64,000 nucleotides of DNA, taken from an uncultured Actinomycetes bacterium. Its GTDB lineage: Bacteria; Actinomycetota; Thermoleophilia; Gaiellales; JAICJC01. The first letter of the stretch is position 1. Each line of letters starts with the position of its first letter. A program made the translations under genes and the position numbers. The DNA lies in assembly GCA_963717845.1 (NCBI GenBank), contig CAVQXH010000001.1, positions 45,825-109,824 on the forward strand. The letters run 5' to 3'. This document shows positions 49,043-57,959 of this stretch, in pieces. The notes beneath the pieces were generated by a model. It saw only the letters and a program-made list of their open reading frames with translations, did no database searches and was not told the origin of the DNA.

Positions 49043-49657
49043 TCAGCGTACCGGCGCCGGCGTGGGGGTGACCAGGGGGGCGAGGCGATCGCGCAGCCGT
49101 GCCAGCCGCTGCCGCTCGGGCTCGAGCTCGATCGCGCGCAGGTCGAGCCGCATGAGCTCGATCCGGCCCGCCGCGCGGCGGCTGTGGAACCCGAAGTCGG
49201 CCAGGAAGTCGGCCGGGAAGATCGTGCGGTGGCCCAGGAAGCGGGTCGAGAAGTCCTCGCCCGCCTGGTAGCGGTATGCGAACGCCTCCAGGGCGGGCCC
49301 GCCGCGGTCGCGGCACTCGCCGATCGCGGCCAGGAAGAGGCTCTGCAGCACCCACGGGCTCTGCGCGTCGGTCAGGTAGGCGCACGTCACGAGCACGGCG
49401 TCGCGGCTCGGCGGGCCGGCCGGGAGGGTCTGCGCCCGCGGGAACTCCTGCGCGGGCCCGTACTGGATGAGCCCGATCACGCCGGTCTCGTCGCGGTAGA
49501 GCTTTCCCCACGGGCCGAACTCGTCCTCGGCGTCGTGCATCCAGCGGTCGCGCTCGCCCGGGCCGCGGCCGGGGCGCGTCTGCCACCACATGCACCCCTG
49601 GCACGGGGCCGGCGCGCCGGACACGGTGGCTCCCGTCAGGTGGTCGACCCCGCTCAC
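49043..49657 (-). CDS. Conserved hypothetical protein, possibly GNAT-fold, with N-terminal CxxC
   Basis: 204-aa ORF containing CQGCMWWQ near the N-terminus. The segment VLQSLFLAAIGECRDRGGPALEAFA resembles a GNAT helix. The assignment is weak. Confidence 0.35.
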   Translation of the reverse strand: MSGVDHLTGATVSGAPAPCQGCMWWQTRPGRGPGERDRWMHDAEDEFGPWGKLYRDETGVIGLIQYGPAQEFPRAQTLPAGPPSRDAVLVTCAYLTDAQSPWVLQSLFLAAIGECRDRGGPALEAFAYRYQAGEDFSTRFLGHRTIFPADFLADFGFHSRRAAGRIELMRLDLRAIELEPERQRLARLRDRLAPLVTPTPAPVR

Positions 49658-50025
49658 CGGGCGGCCGCCACGTCGTCGACGACCACCGACACGGTGCGCA
49701 CGTCGAGGTCGACCATCGACGCCAGGTACGTGCGCACAGAGCGCTCGACGCCGGCGGCGACGGCGGGGATCGACGCTCCCCAGTCGGTCACGAGGTGGAG
49801 CTCCAGATCCACCGCATCGCCGGCGGACACGACCCGCACGCCGAGCCGGTCGGGATCGCTCCGCCGCTCGAGCCGCGCCAGATGACCGCCGGTGAGGGCA
49901 TGCACGCCGGCCACCTCGCGGGCGGCCGCGGCGGCATACGCCGCGATCACGGCATGCGAGATGTGCGCCGAAACGCCGGCCGAGTGCACTGACTCAGCCG
50001 CACCGCCCACCGTCGGATCGGTCAT
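49654..50025 (-). CDS. Asp23/Gls24-family envelope stress protein
   Basis: 123-aa ORF with the Asp23 pattern ISHAVIAAYAAAAAREVAGV...VDLELHL...VRTVSVVVDDV. Confidence 0.8.
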   Translation of the reverse strand: MTDPTVGGAAESVHSAGVSAHISHAVIAAYAAAAAREVAGVHALTGGHLARLERRSDPDRLGVRVVSAGDAVDLELHLVTDWGASIPAVAAGVERSVRTYLASMVDLDVRTVSVVVDDVAAAR

Positions 50026-50107
50026 GGAACCGAGTATACGGGCGCCCGGCGCAAAACCGTTACCGGATCGCCGCGGCCTCGCCGGGCCGGGCTGCTACGT
50101 TGGGAAC

Positions 50108-51181
50108 ATGGGATCTGCCAGAGCCAGGATCGCGCTCGCCGCGTGCGTCGCGGCGGCCGCGGGCGGCATCGGCGCCGCTCCGGCGAGCGCGGCGCCGCCG
50201 ACCCTCGGCGAGCTCGTCGGCCAGCGCCTCGTCGTCGCGATGACCGGGACACGCGCGAACCCGCAGATCCTCGCCCGCATCCGCGCCGGCCAGGTGGGCG
50301 GGGTGATCCTCTTCTCGGGGAACATCGTGTCGGAGCCGCAGCTCAAGGCACTGACGGCATCGCTGCGGTCGGCCGCACAGGCCGGCGGGCGGCCGCGGCT
50401 GATCATTGCCGTCGACCAGGAGGGCGGCGAGGTGCGGCGCATCCCGTGGGCGCCGCCGAAGCGGTCGGCCAAGCAGCTCGGGCAGCTGCCGGCGGCGGCG
50501 TCGATGACGAGCGGGGCCAACACCGCGGCTGCGCTTGCGGCCGACGGCGTCAACGTGGATCTCGCCCCGGTCGCCGACGTGCCCGCCGGGCCGGCGGACT
50601 TCATCGAGCAGCAGATGCGGGCGTTCTCGACCGACCGCTTCACGGTGGCCGCGGACGCGCCGGCGTTCGCGCAAGGGCTCGAGCAGGGCGCGGTGTGGCC
50701 CGTGCTCAAGCACTTCCCCGGCCTCGGCCGCGCGACCGTCTCGACCGACGATGCGCTCGTGCGGATCCCGGCCGCGCGGGCGACGCTCATGCGCGGCCTC
50801 CTGCCCTACCAGGTGGCCCTCCGGCGCCAGCTCGACCCGGTCGTGATGCTCTCAACGGCGATCTACCCGGCGCTCGACGCGCGCGCCGCGGCCTGGTCGC
50901 GGCCGATCATCCACGGCCTCCTGCGCGGCACCCTCGGGTTCGCGGGCGTCACGATCACCGACTCGCTCGACTCGGCCGCGGCCGTGCGGCACGTCTCCGA
51001 CCCGGTCGTCGCCCTGCAGAGCGCCCAGGCCGGCGCCGACCTGCTGCTGATCACCGGCTCCCAGGCGACCAGCCGCGGGGTCTACTCACGCCTCCTGGCC
51101 GCCGCCACGTCGGGAGCGCTTCCGGGCTCTCGCCTGACCGCGTCCTACAACCGCATCCTCACCCTCAAGGGCAAGCTCTAG
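50108..51181 (+). CDS. Secreted glycoside hydrolase family 3 N-terminal-domain protein (NagZ-like)
   Basis: ATG at 50108 followed by a signal peptide. Contains IAVDQEGGEVRR and KHFPGLG. Confidence 0.8.
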   Translation: MGSARARIALAACVAAAAGGIGAAPASAAPPTLGELVGQRLVVAMTGTRANPQILARIRAGQVGGVILFSGNIVSEPQLKALTASLRSAAQAGGRPRLIIAVDQEGGEVRRIPWAPPKRSAKQLGQLPAAASMTSGANTAAALAADGVNVDLAPVADVPAGPADFIEQQMRAFSTDRFTVAADAPAFAQGLEQGAVWPVLKHFPGLGRATVSTDDALVRIPAARATLMRGLLPYQVALRRQLDPVVMLSTAIYPALDARAAAWSRPIIHGLLRGTLGFAGVTITDSLDSAAAVRHVSDPVVALQSAQAGADLLLITGSQATSRGVYSRLLAAATSGALPGSRLTASYNRILTLKGKL

Positions 51182-51185
51182 CCGG

Positions 51186-52013
51186 TCAGCGCGGCCGCAG
51201 CCGCAGGAGGCTCACCTCGGGCCGGGCGAAGAGCCGGAACGGCACGAGCGTCGTGCCGAGCCCGCGCGACACCACCACGGTCGTGTCGGGCTCCTCGAAC
51301 ACGCCCTCGTCGTAGCGATACGACCGGTGCGACAGGCGCACCTTGCCCGACGGCCCGGGCAGGCAGATCTGGCCGCCGTGCAGGTGCCCGCAGAGTGCGA
51401 GGGCGCATGTTCCGGCGGCCATCGCGGCGGGCACATCGGGGAAGTGCGAGAGCAGCACGCGCAGCGCCCCGGGCCGGGTGAAGAGCTGCTCCGGCGGCAG
51501 GTTTCGGCCCTCGGCGAACAGGCGCGGGTCGACCCCGGCGAGCTCGATCTCACACCCGCGCCACTCGACCACCGCCGAGCGGTCGCGCAGGAGCGTCACC
51601 GGCGCATCGCCCCAGTCGTCGATCACGATGCCGCGCGAGAACGGGTCGTGCGTGTCGCCGACGTCGTGGTTCCCGAGGACGGCGAAGATGCCGAGCGGCG
51701 GCTGCAGCCGCTCCATCGCCGACACGACCGCATCCCGCGCCCGCCCATGGCTCGAGGATGTCGCCGGTCAGCGCAACCAGGTCGGGCTGCCAGCGCACGC
51801 CCAGCTCGACGGCCTTGCGCACGGCGCGCACGTTCAGCGAGGGCGTGCCGGCATGGAAGTCGGTCAGGTGCAGGATCGTCAGCCCGTCCAGCTCCGCCGG
51901 CAATCCGGGCACGCCGATCGCGAGCTCACGCCCCTCCACCCACTGGGACTCGAACAGGCCCCAGGCCGCCAGAGCCGCGCCGGCCCCGCCGGCCAGCGCC
52001 GCGAGCCGGCGCG
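51186..52013 (-). pseudogene. Membrane-anchored calcineurin-like metallophosphoesterase; frame change as given, start unresolved
   Basis: N-part is RRLAALAGGAGAALAAWGLFES...LTILHLTDFHAG...LVALTGDIL. It is followed, +1 at about 51753, by SHGRARDAVVSAMERLQPPLGIFAVLGNHD...GHLHGGQ. There is no canonical start codon in frame upstream of the TM helix. Confidence 0.7.
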
Positions 52014-52211
52014 CTAGTCGCCACGCACGGGAGGGACGTCGCCCTGCATGCGGCTGCGGGCGGCGGCGATCCGCTCGCGCAGGGCCGACAGGCGGCCCTC
52101 GTCGGCGGAGTGCCCGTTCCCCGAGGCGGCCACCGGGCGATCCCTGGTCAGGGCCATCCGGACGGCGCCGGCAGCCGCGGCGATCGCGGCAAGCAGCAAC
52201 AGACGACGCAT
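52014..52211 (-). CDS. Small membrane/secreted protein, unknown function
   Basis: 65-aa ORF MRRLLLLAAIAAAAGAVRMAL... lying between the nuclease and phosphoesterase genes. It could be real or a by-product of frame problems at the phosphoesterase 5' end. Confidence 0.3.
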   Translation of the reverse strand: MRRLLLLAAIAAAAGAVRMALTRDRPVAASGNGHSADEGRLSALRERIAAARSRMQGDVPPVRGD

Positions 52212-52232
52212 CGCCGCCAGTGTAACCCCATG

Positions 52233-52739
52233 TCACTCGCACGCGTGCCACAGCCCGCGGCCCGCCACCGCGGCCGTGCGCTCGAGCGTGGCGAACAGAC
52301 CGGCGTGGGCGGTGTTGGGCGGAAACGGGTAGGTGCGGGCGTATCCCTGCCGCACGAGCTCGGCGTTGACGAAGAGCGGCCGCGCGCCGCGCAGCCACAC
52401 GTAGGCCAGAAAGCGGCCGTAGCGGTCGTGCAGCTCGCGGTCGTAGCGCAGGGTGACCGCGCGCCCCGTGACGAGGTGCTTCGTGAACGCCGACGCCTCC
52501 GGCCCGTAACAGCCGACCGGACGGCGGGGGTCGACCGTCTCGGGCGTGTCGATGCCGAGCAGGCGGACGTCCTCGATCCGGCCGTCGCGGCCGCGCACGA
52601 GGATCGTGTCGCCGTCGATCGCACGCACCACCATCCCGCGCGCGAACGGGACCGCGGCGCTCGACTCGGTGCGCCACCACGCCGCCACGGCGACGGCGAC
52701 CACTGCGGCGGCGACCATGAGGATGTCTCTCCGGTTCAT
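52233..52739 (-). CDS. Membrane-anchored thermonuclease (staphylococcal nuclease homologue)
   Basis: ATG at 52739 followed by the TM helix ILMVAAAVVAVAVAAWW. SNase motifs are AIDGDTILV, VRLLGIDTPE, DRYGRFLAYVW and NAELVRQGYA. Confidence 0.85.
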   Translation of the reverse strand: MNRRDILMVAAAVVAVAVAAWWRTESSAAVPFARGMVVRAIDGDTILVRGRDGRIEDVRLLGIDTPETVDPRRPVGCYGPEASAFTKHLVTGRAVTLRYDRELHDRYGRFLAYVWLRGARPLFVNAELVRQGYARTYPFPPNTAHAGLFATLERTAAVAGRGLWHACE

Positions 52740-52868
52740 GGCGGCCACGCTATCGGCGGCCCCTGTCACGTGTCTGTCACGAGGTGTGGCGCGTGCGTGA
52801 CGGATCGCCCTGCCTGTAAGGCGGGACGGGTTCCAGCCGACGTCATACCTACACTTGGGAGTCCGCCC

Positions 52869-53961
52869 ATGAAGCTCTTGCACATCGCCGACATCCACCT
52901 CGACCGCGTCTTCCACCGCGCCGAATCGCGGCCTGCCGCCGCCCGCCGCCGCGCCGAGCTGCGCGACGCGCTCACGCGCGCCCTCGCGCTCGGACGGGAG
53001 CGCGAGATCGACGCGATCTGCATCGCCGGCGACGTCTACGAGCACGAGTACGTCAGCGAGGACACCGTCTCGTTCCTGCGCGACAGCCTCGCCACGGCGG
53101 GGGTGCCGGTGCTGGTCACCCCGGGCAATCACGACCCGTATCTGCCGGGGTCGGCCTGGCAGCGCACGGAGTGGCCGGCCAACGTGCACGTGTTCACGCG
53201 CGACGCCGTCGAGCCGCACGTGCTCGGCGACGGGGTGACCGTGTGGGGAGCGGCGTTCACCGCCCGCGACTGCGACGGCTCCGCCCTCGCCGGCTTCCGC
53301 ACCCCGCGCGACGGCGGCACGCACCTGCTGCTGATCCACGCCGCCCTCACCGGCGAGCAGTGGGCCGACGAGGCCGCCTACCGCCCGGTGACCCGCACAC
53401 AGCTGCGCGACACGGGTGCCGCCTACGTGATGCTCGGCCACTTCCACGACGGCCGCGGCGACGGCTTCCTGTGCTATCCGGGCAGCCCCGAGCCGCTCGA
53501 CTGGGGCGAGCGCAGCGGCGCCCACGGCGCCTCGATCGTCACGGTGCACGGCGGCGCGGTGTCTGCCGAGGCCATTCCGATCGCCACCCGCCGCTACGCC
53601 GAGCGCACGGTGTCGGTGACGGGCGCCGCCGGATCTGCGCAGATCGAGGCCGTCCTCTCCGCGGCCGCCGCCGCCGAGGCGGGCGCGTCGCTGCGCATCG
53701 TGCTCACGGGCGAGATCGAGCCTGGCTGCGCCGTCGACACCGCCAGCCTGGCCGAGCGCTGCGCGCGCCGGCCTCACCGAGCTTGCGATCGTCGACCGCA
53801 CCGTCCCGGCCTACGACCTGGAGGCGCTCGCGCAGGAGGGATCCGTGCGGGGGCGGTTCGTCGCCAGGCTGCTCGGGTCGGACGATCCCGCCGCAGGCGA
53901 GGCGATCCTCGCCGGACTGCGCGCCCTCGACGGCCGGACGGAGGTGCTCGGTGCGGGTTGA
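52869..53961 (+). CDS. SbcD/YhaO-like DNA repair exonuclease (metallophosphoesterase); C-terminal frame change as given
   Basis: Contains MKLLHIADIHLD, IAGDVYE, TPGNHD and MLGHFH. After about 53769 the +1 frame gives GLTELAIVDRTVPAYDLEALAQEGSVRGRFVARLL...EVLGAG stop at 53961. Confidence 0.8.
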
Positions 53962-56271
53962 GCGCCTGAGCGTGAGCGGGTTCGGCAAGCTGGCCGCGCG
54001 CGAGCTGCGGTTCGGCCCCGGCCTCACGATCGTGCACGGCCCCAACGAGTCGGGCAAGAGCACGACGCATGCCGCTCTGCGCGCGGGGCTGTTCGGCCTC
54101 ACCGCCGGCGGCCGCCGCACCCGCGAGGAGACGGCCGCGATCGAGCGCTACCGGCCATGGGCCGATGCGCGCTACGGCGCGGTGCTCGAGCTCTGCGCCG
54201 ACGACGGCCGGCGGCTGCGCCTGGAGTGGGACTTCGACCGCTGCCGGTTCGCGCTGCGCGACGCCGCCACCGGCGCCGACCTCACCGCCGGCCACGGCGC
54301 CGGCACCGATCCCCGCGGTCTGGCGCGCGCGCTCTACGGCGTCGATCGCGACATCTATCTGCGGCTCGGGTGCGTCGACCAGGCCGAGCTCGATCGCATC
54401 GGCGATGCCGGATCTGTGCGCCACGCCGTCGAGGCCGTCCTCACCCAGGCGCGCGCCGACGCATCCGCGGTCACGGCCGTCGAGACGCTGAAGGCGCACC
54501 GATCGCGGCTCGTCGGGGTGAACCGGGCCCGCACGAACCCCCTGCCGGAGGCCGAGGCGGAGGCCCAGGCCCTGCGCGCGCGGCTCGACGCAGCGGCCGC
54601 GGAGCGAGCCGAGGTCGAGCAGGCCGCGGCCGGCCGCGACGTCGCTCGCGCCGACGCCGATACCGCAGCGGTCGAGCTGCACACGCTCGAGTCGGTGCGA
54701 GACCACCTGCGCGCCGACGAGCTGCGCCGCCGCCTCGACATCGCCGAGAGCCTGGCCGCTGCCGCGGCGCGAGGCCGGCCGGCAGATCGACGCCGACACC
54801 GACGACGCCGGGTTCGCCCCGATCGAGGCGCTGCCCGCGCTGCGCGGCCGCATGGCACGACCTCGCCGCCGAGCTGCAGGACCGCGCTCCCGGCACCGCC
54901 GCGGACGCCGAGCTGGCGGCGCGACTCGACGACCGCTGCCGCGAGCTCGAGGCGAGCGTTGCAGCGCTACGAGCCGGATCGCGGCGCCGGCGAGCGCGCG
55001 GCCGCTGTCGAGGCCGCCGCCGCGGCGGCGCAGGCGCGGTCTCATCCCCGTTCGGCGCTCGTCGCCTTCGCCGCCGCGGGAGCGGCGGTCGCGCTCGCCG
55101 GCGCCGTTGCCGGCATGCCTCTCCTGATCGGCCTCGGCGTCGTGGTCGCCGCGGCCGCCGGGATCTGGGCGCTCGCCGGGGGCCGTTCCGGCCGAAGCGG
55201 CGAGCTCGAGCGACTGCTGCCGGGCGACGGGCCGGTCGCCGAGCGGCTCGCGGCCTTCCGGGAGTCGGTCGACCGCGACCGCGCCCTGCACGCCATCGAG
55301 CGCGACCTGGCGGCCGCACGGGTGCAGGCGGCCGATCTCCGCGCCCGGCTGAGCGGCGCGGCCCAGCTCGATGCCGAGCTCACCGGCCTGCGGGAGCGCG
55401 TCGCCACCGCGTTGCGCTCGTGCGACATCGATCCCACCGACCTCGACGCCGGCCTGCGCCGGTACGACCATGCCGCCGCGGCGGCGAGCACGCGCCGCGA
55501 GGCGACGCTGACGCGCACGCGCGCCTCGGAGGAGCTGCGGCGGCTGCTCGGCGACGACTCGCTCGAGGCGGCCCGCACCCGGCTCGCCCAGCTCGAGGGG
55601 CGCCTGAACGGCCATGCCGAGCTGGCTGCCGGCCGCGATCCCGACGACGTCGAGCGCGAGCTCGTGCGTGCGCGGGACGCGCGCGACCGGGCCGCGGCCG
55701 AGAGCGAGCGGCTGGCGGCGGCGGTCGCCGAGCGGCTGCGGACGCTCCCCGACGTCGCATCGCTGCGGGAGCGGCTCGACGCCGCCGAGGAGCGCGTCGC
55801 CCGCCTGCAGCACGTCGACCACGTCCTGCGGCTGGCCGAAGGCGAGCTCGCCGAGGCGGCCGCCGAGACCTACCGCGACTTCGCGCCCGCTGCTGAACGC
55901 GTCCCTCGAGGCCGGCATCGGCCGCCTCACCGCCGGCCGCTACGCGCACGCCTTCGTCGACGACGCCCTGCGCGTCCGCCTGGAGGCGCCCGAGACCGGC
56001 GCCGTGGTCGACCTCGACCGGCTCTCGGTCGGCACCCAGAAGCAGGCCTACCTGGTGCAGCGGCTCGAGCTCGTGCGTCTGCTCTGCCCCGGCGACGGGC
56101 CGCTGCCGGTGCTGCTCGACGACCCGTTCGCGCACTTCGACGCCGACCGGCTCGAGCGCACGCTGCACTGGCTGGCCGCGGCGTCGGCCGAGCGCCAGAT
56201 CATCGTCTTCGCCACCCAGCGCCGCGTCGCCGACCTCGCGCCCCGCGAGGCTGTCGTCCATCGCCCTGTAA
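53951..56271 (+). pseudogene. SbcC/YhaN-like AAA ATPase with coiled coils and a central TM hairpin; five frame changes as given
   Basis: Starts at a GTG: VRVERLSVSGFGKLAARELRFGPGLTIVHGPNESGKST. Central hydrophobic hairpin ALVAFAAAGAAVALAGAVAGMPLLIGLGVVVAAAAGIWALAGG. C-terminal signature LSVGTQKQAYLVQRLEL and Walker B PVLLDDPFAHFD. The +1 junctions are at about 54770, 54852, 54958, 55889 and 56259. Confidence 0.75.
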
Positions 56272-56276
56272 GGGGC

Positions 56277-57859
56277 CTACGCGCTCCGTCCCACCCGCAG
56301 CGCGGGCGGGGCGAGCAGCCGCTCGACATGCAGCGTGGCCAGGCTCAGCACCGGCACGTCGCGGGCGCGCTCGAAGCAGATGTACCGCGTGCGCCACTCC
56401 GGCTGGAACTTGCGGTTGAAGCTGAACAGCCGGTCGAGCTGGAAGGCGCGATCGAGGCCGACGACGATCTGGCGGGCGGCACGCAGGTGCGCCGGCGACT
56501 CCTCGTCGGCCCGCAGCACGTCGGCGAACACCGAGAAGTTGAGCGAGAGCTCCTCCGCGCCCACGCCGCCTGCCCACGCGGTCGCCTCGCAGATCAGGAA
56601 CTCCATCAGGCCGTTGGGCGTGTCGGCGCCACGGCGCATCGCCGAGAGGGAGTAGCCGCTGCCCGACGGCACCAGGTGCAGGAAGCCGCGCACACGCCCG
56701 CCGGCGTCGAGGGCGACGGCGAAGCGGGCGCGGTCGTGGGCGTACAGATCGTCCATCGCCATCGAGAACCCGCGCTCTGCCGAGCGCCCGCGCCACTCGC
56801 GCGAGACCCGATCGACATCGGCTCGAAGCGCCGGCGCAAGCTCGCTCGGGGCGACCACCCGCACCTCGTAGCCGGCCTTGCGCAGGCGCGTGACCGACTG
56901 GCGCACCTTGCGCACGCTGCGGCCCTCGAGCGAGAACGTCGCCGGGCGCAGCACGGCCTCGTCGCCGATCGCGACCGCACGCATGCCCCGGCGGCGGTAC
57001 AGGTCGAGCCACTCCTCGGAGCTGTGCAGCACCACCATCCGCCAGCCGCGCTCGCGGCACAGCGCTGCCGAAGTCCTCGACGAGCCCGGGGATCTCGTCC
57101 GCCGCGCCGATCGGATCGCCGGCCACGAGCGCGCACCCGGCGACCACGCGGTAGGCCAGGAAGGCGTTCCCGCCGCGCGAGAAGCTGTAGCGGCGGTCGG
57201 CCCGCAGCGAGAAGAACGACAGGCTGTCGCGGCCGTACCGGTCGACGAGCCCGCGGGCGCGGGCGCGGTCGGACTCCGACGGGCGGCCGGGCTCGCGGTG
57301 TGCCCGCAGCCAGTGGTGGAGCGCCCAGAAGGCGCCGGCCAGAAGCAGCATCGAGAAGCCGGCGTTCGCGATCCGGTTCGTGTGGGCGCCGCCGAGCATC
57401 GTGACGGCCGTCCATGCCAGGCCGGTCGCGGCGATGCCGCCGACCAGGGGGCGCAGGCTGGTGGGATCGCCGGCCACGTCGAAGCGCGAGCGCAGCCCGA
57501 CGAGCGCTGCGAGCAGCGCCAGGCTGCCCGACGGCCTGCTCGACATCGAACCCGCCGCGGGCCACGTGCGCCGCAGCCGCGAACGCGACCAGCGCGATCG
57601 CCAGGATCCAGGCGCGGCGCTTGCGGCGGGCAAGCCCGCCGGAGAGCAGGAGCAGCGCGACGCCCGCGGCGAACACGATCGAGCGCGTCAGGGTGGCGGC
57701 GCCGGGCGGGAGCATCGCCTGGAACAGGTCGTAGCGGTCGGTCAGCGTCGGCCGGATCGCGGCGACGATGTCGACGATCCCGACCAGCAGCGCGCCAAGC
57801 GCTACCAGCGCCGGTGCCTGCATCGACCGCATTCGTGCCCAACCCACCATGCCAACCAT
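56277..57859 (-). pseudogene. MprF-like aminoacyl-phosphatidylglycerol synthase (short TM part plus DUF2156-type domain); two frame changes as given
   Basis: TM N-terminus APALVALGALLVGIVDIV... The next segment is SLALLAALVGLRSRF...SFFSLRADRRYSF...AYRVVAGCALVAGDP. The third is AALCRERGWRMVVLHSSEE...FSMAMDDLY...GLMEFLICEA...FNRKFQPEW. The +1 junctions are at about 57526 and 57069. Confidence 0.75.
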
Positions 57860-57959
57860 ACCGGCATGGGGTTGGAGGGACTTTAGGTCCCGCCCGGGGA
57901 ACTACTCCAACCTGGCGAGCGCTGCCTGCGCCGCGCTGCCGACGGCGGGCGAATGGTCG

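Noticed and set aside
52014-52211. The 65-aa ORF as the displaced N-terminus of the metallophosphoesterase.
   Set aside because: Its frame is +1 relative to the phosphoesterase N-part, which is the wrong order for an upstream segment under the single-insertion pattern seen elsewhere. Its sequence has its own hydrophobic N-terminus. The phosphoesterase start therefore stays unresolved, and the small ORF is kept as a low-confidence separate gene.
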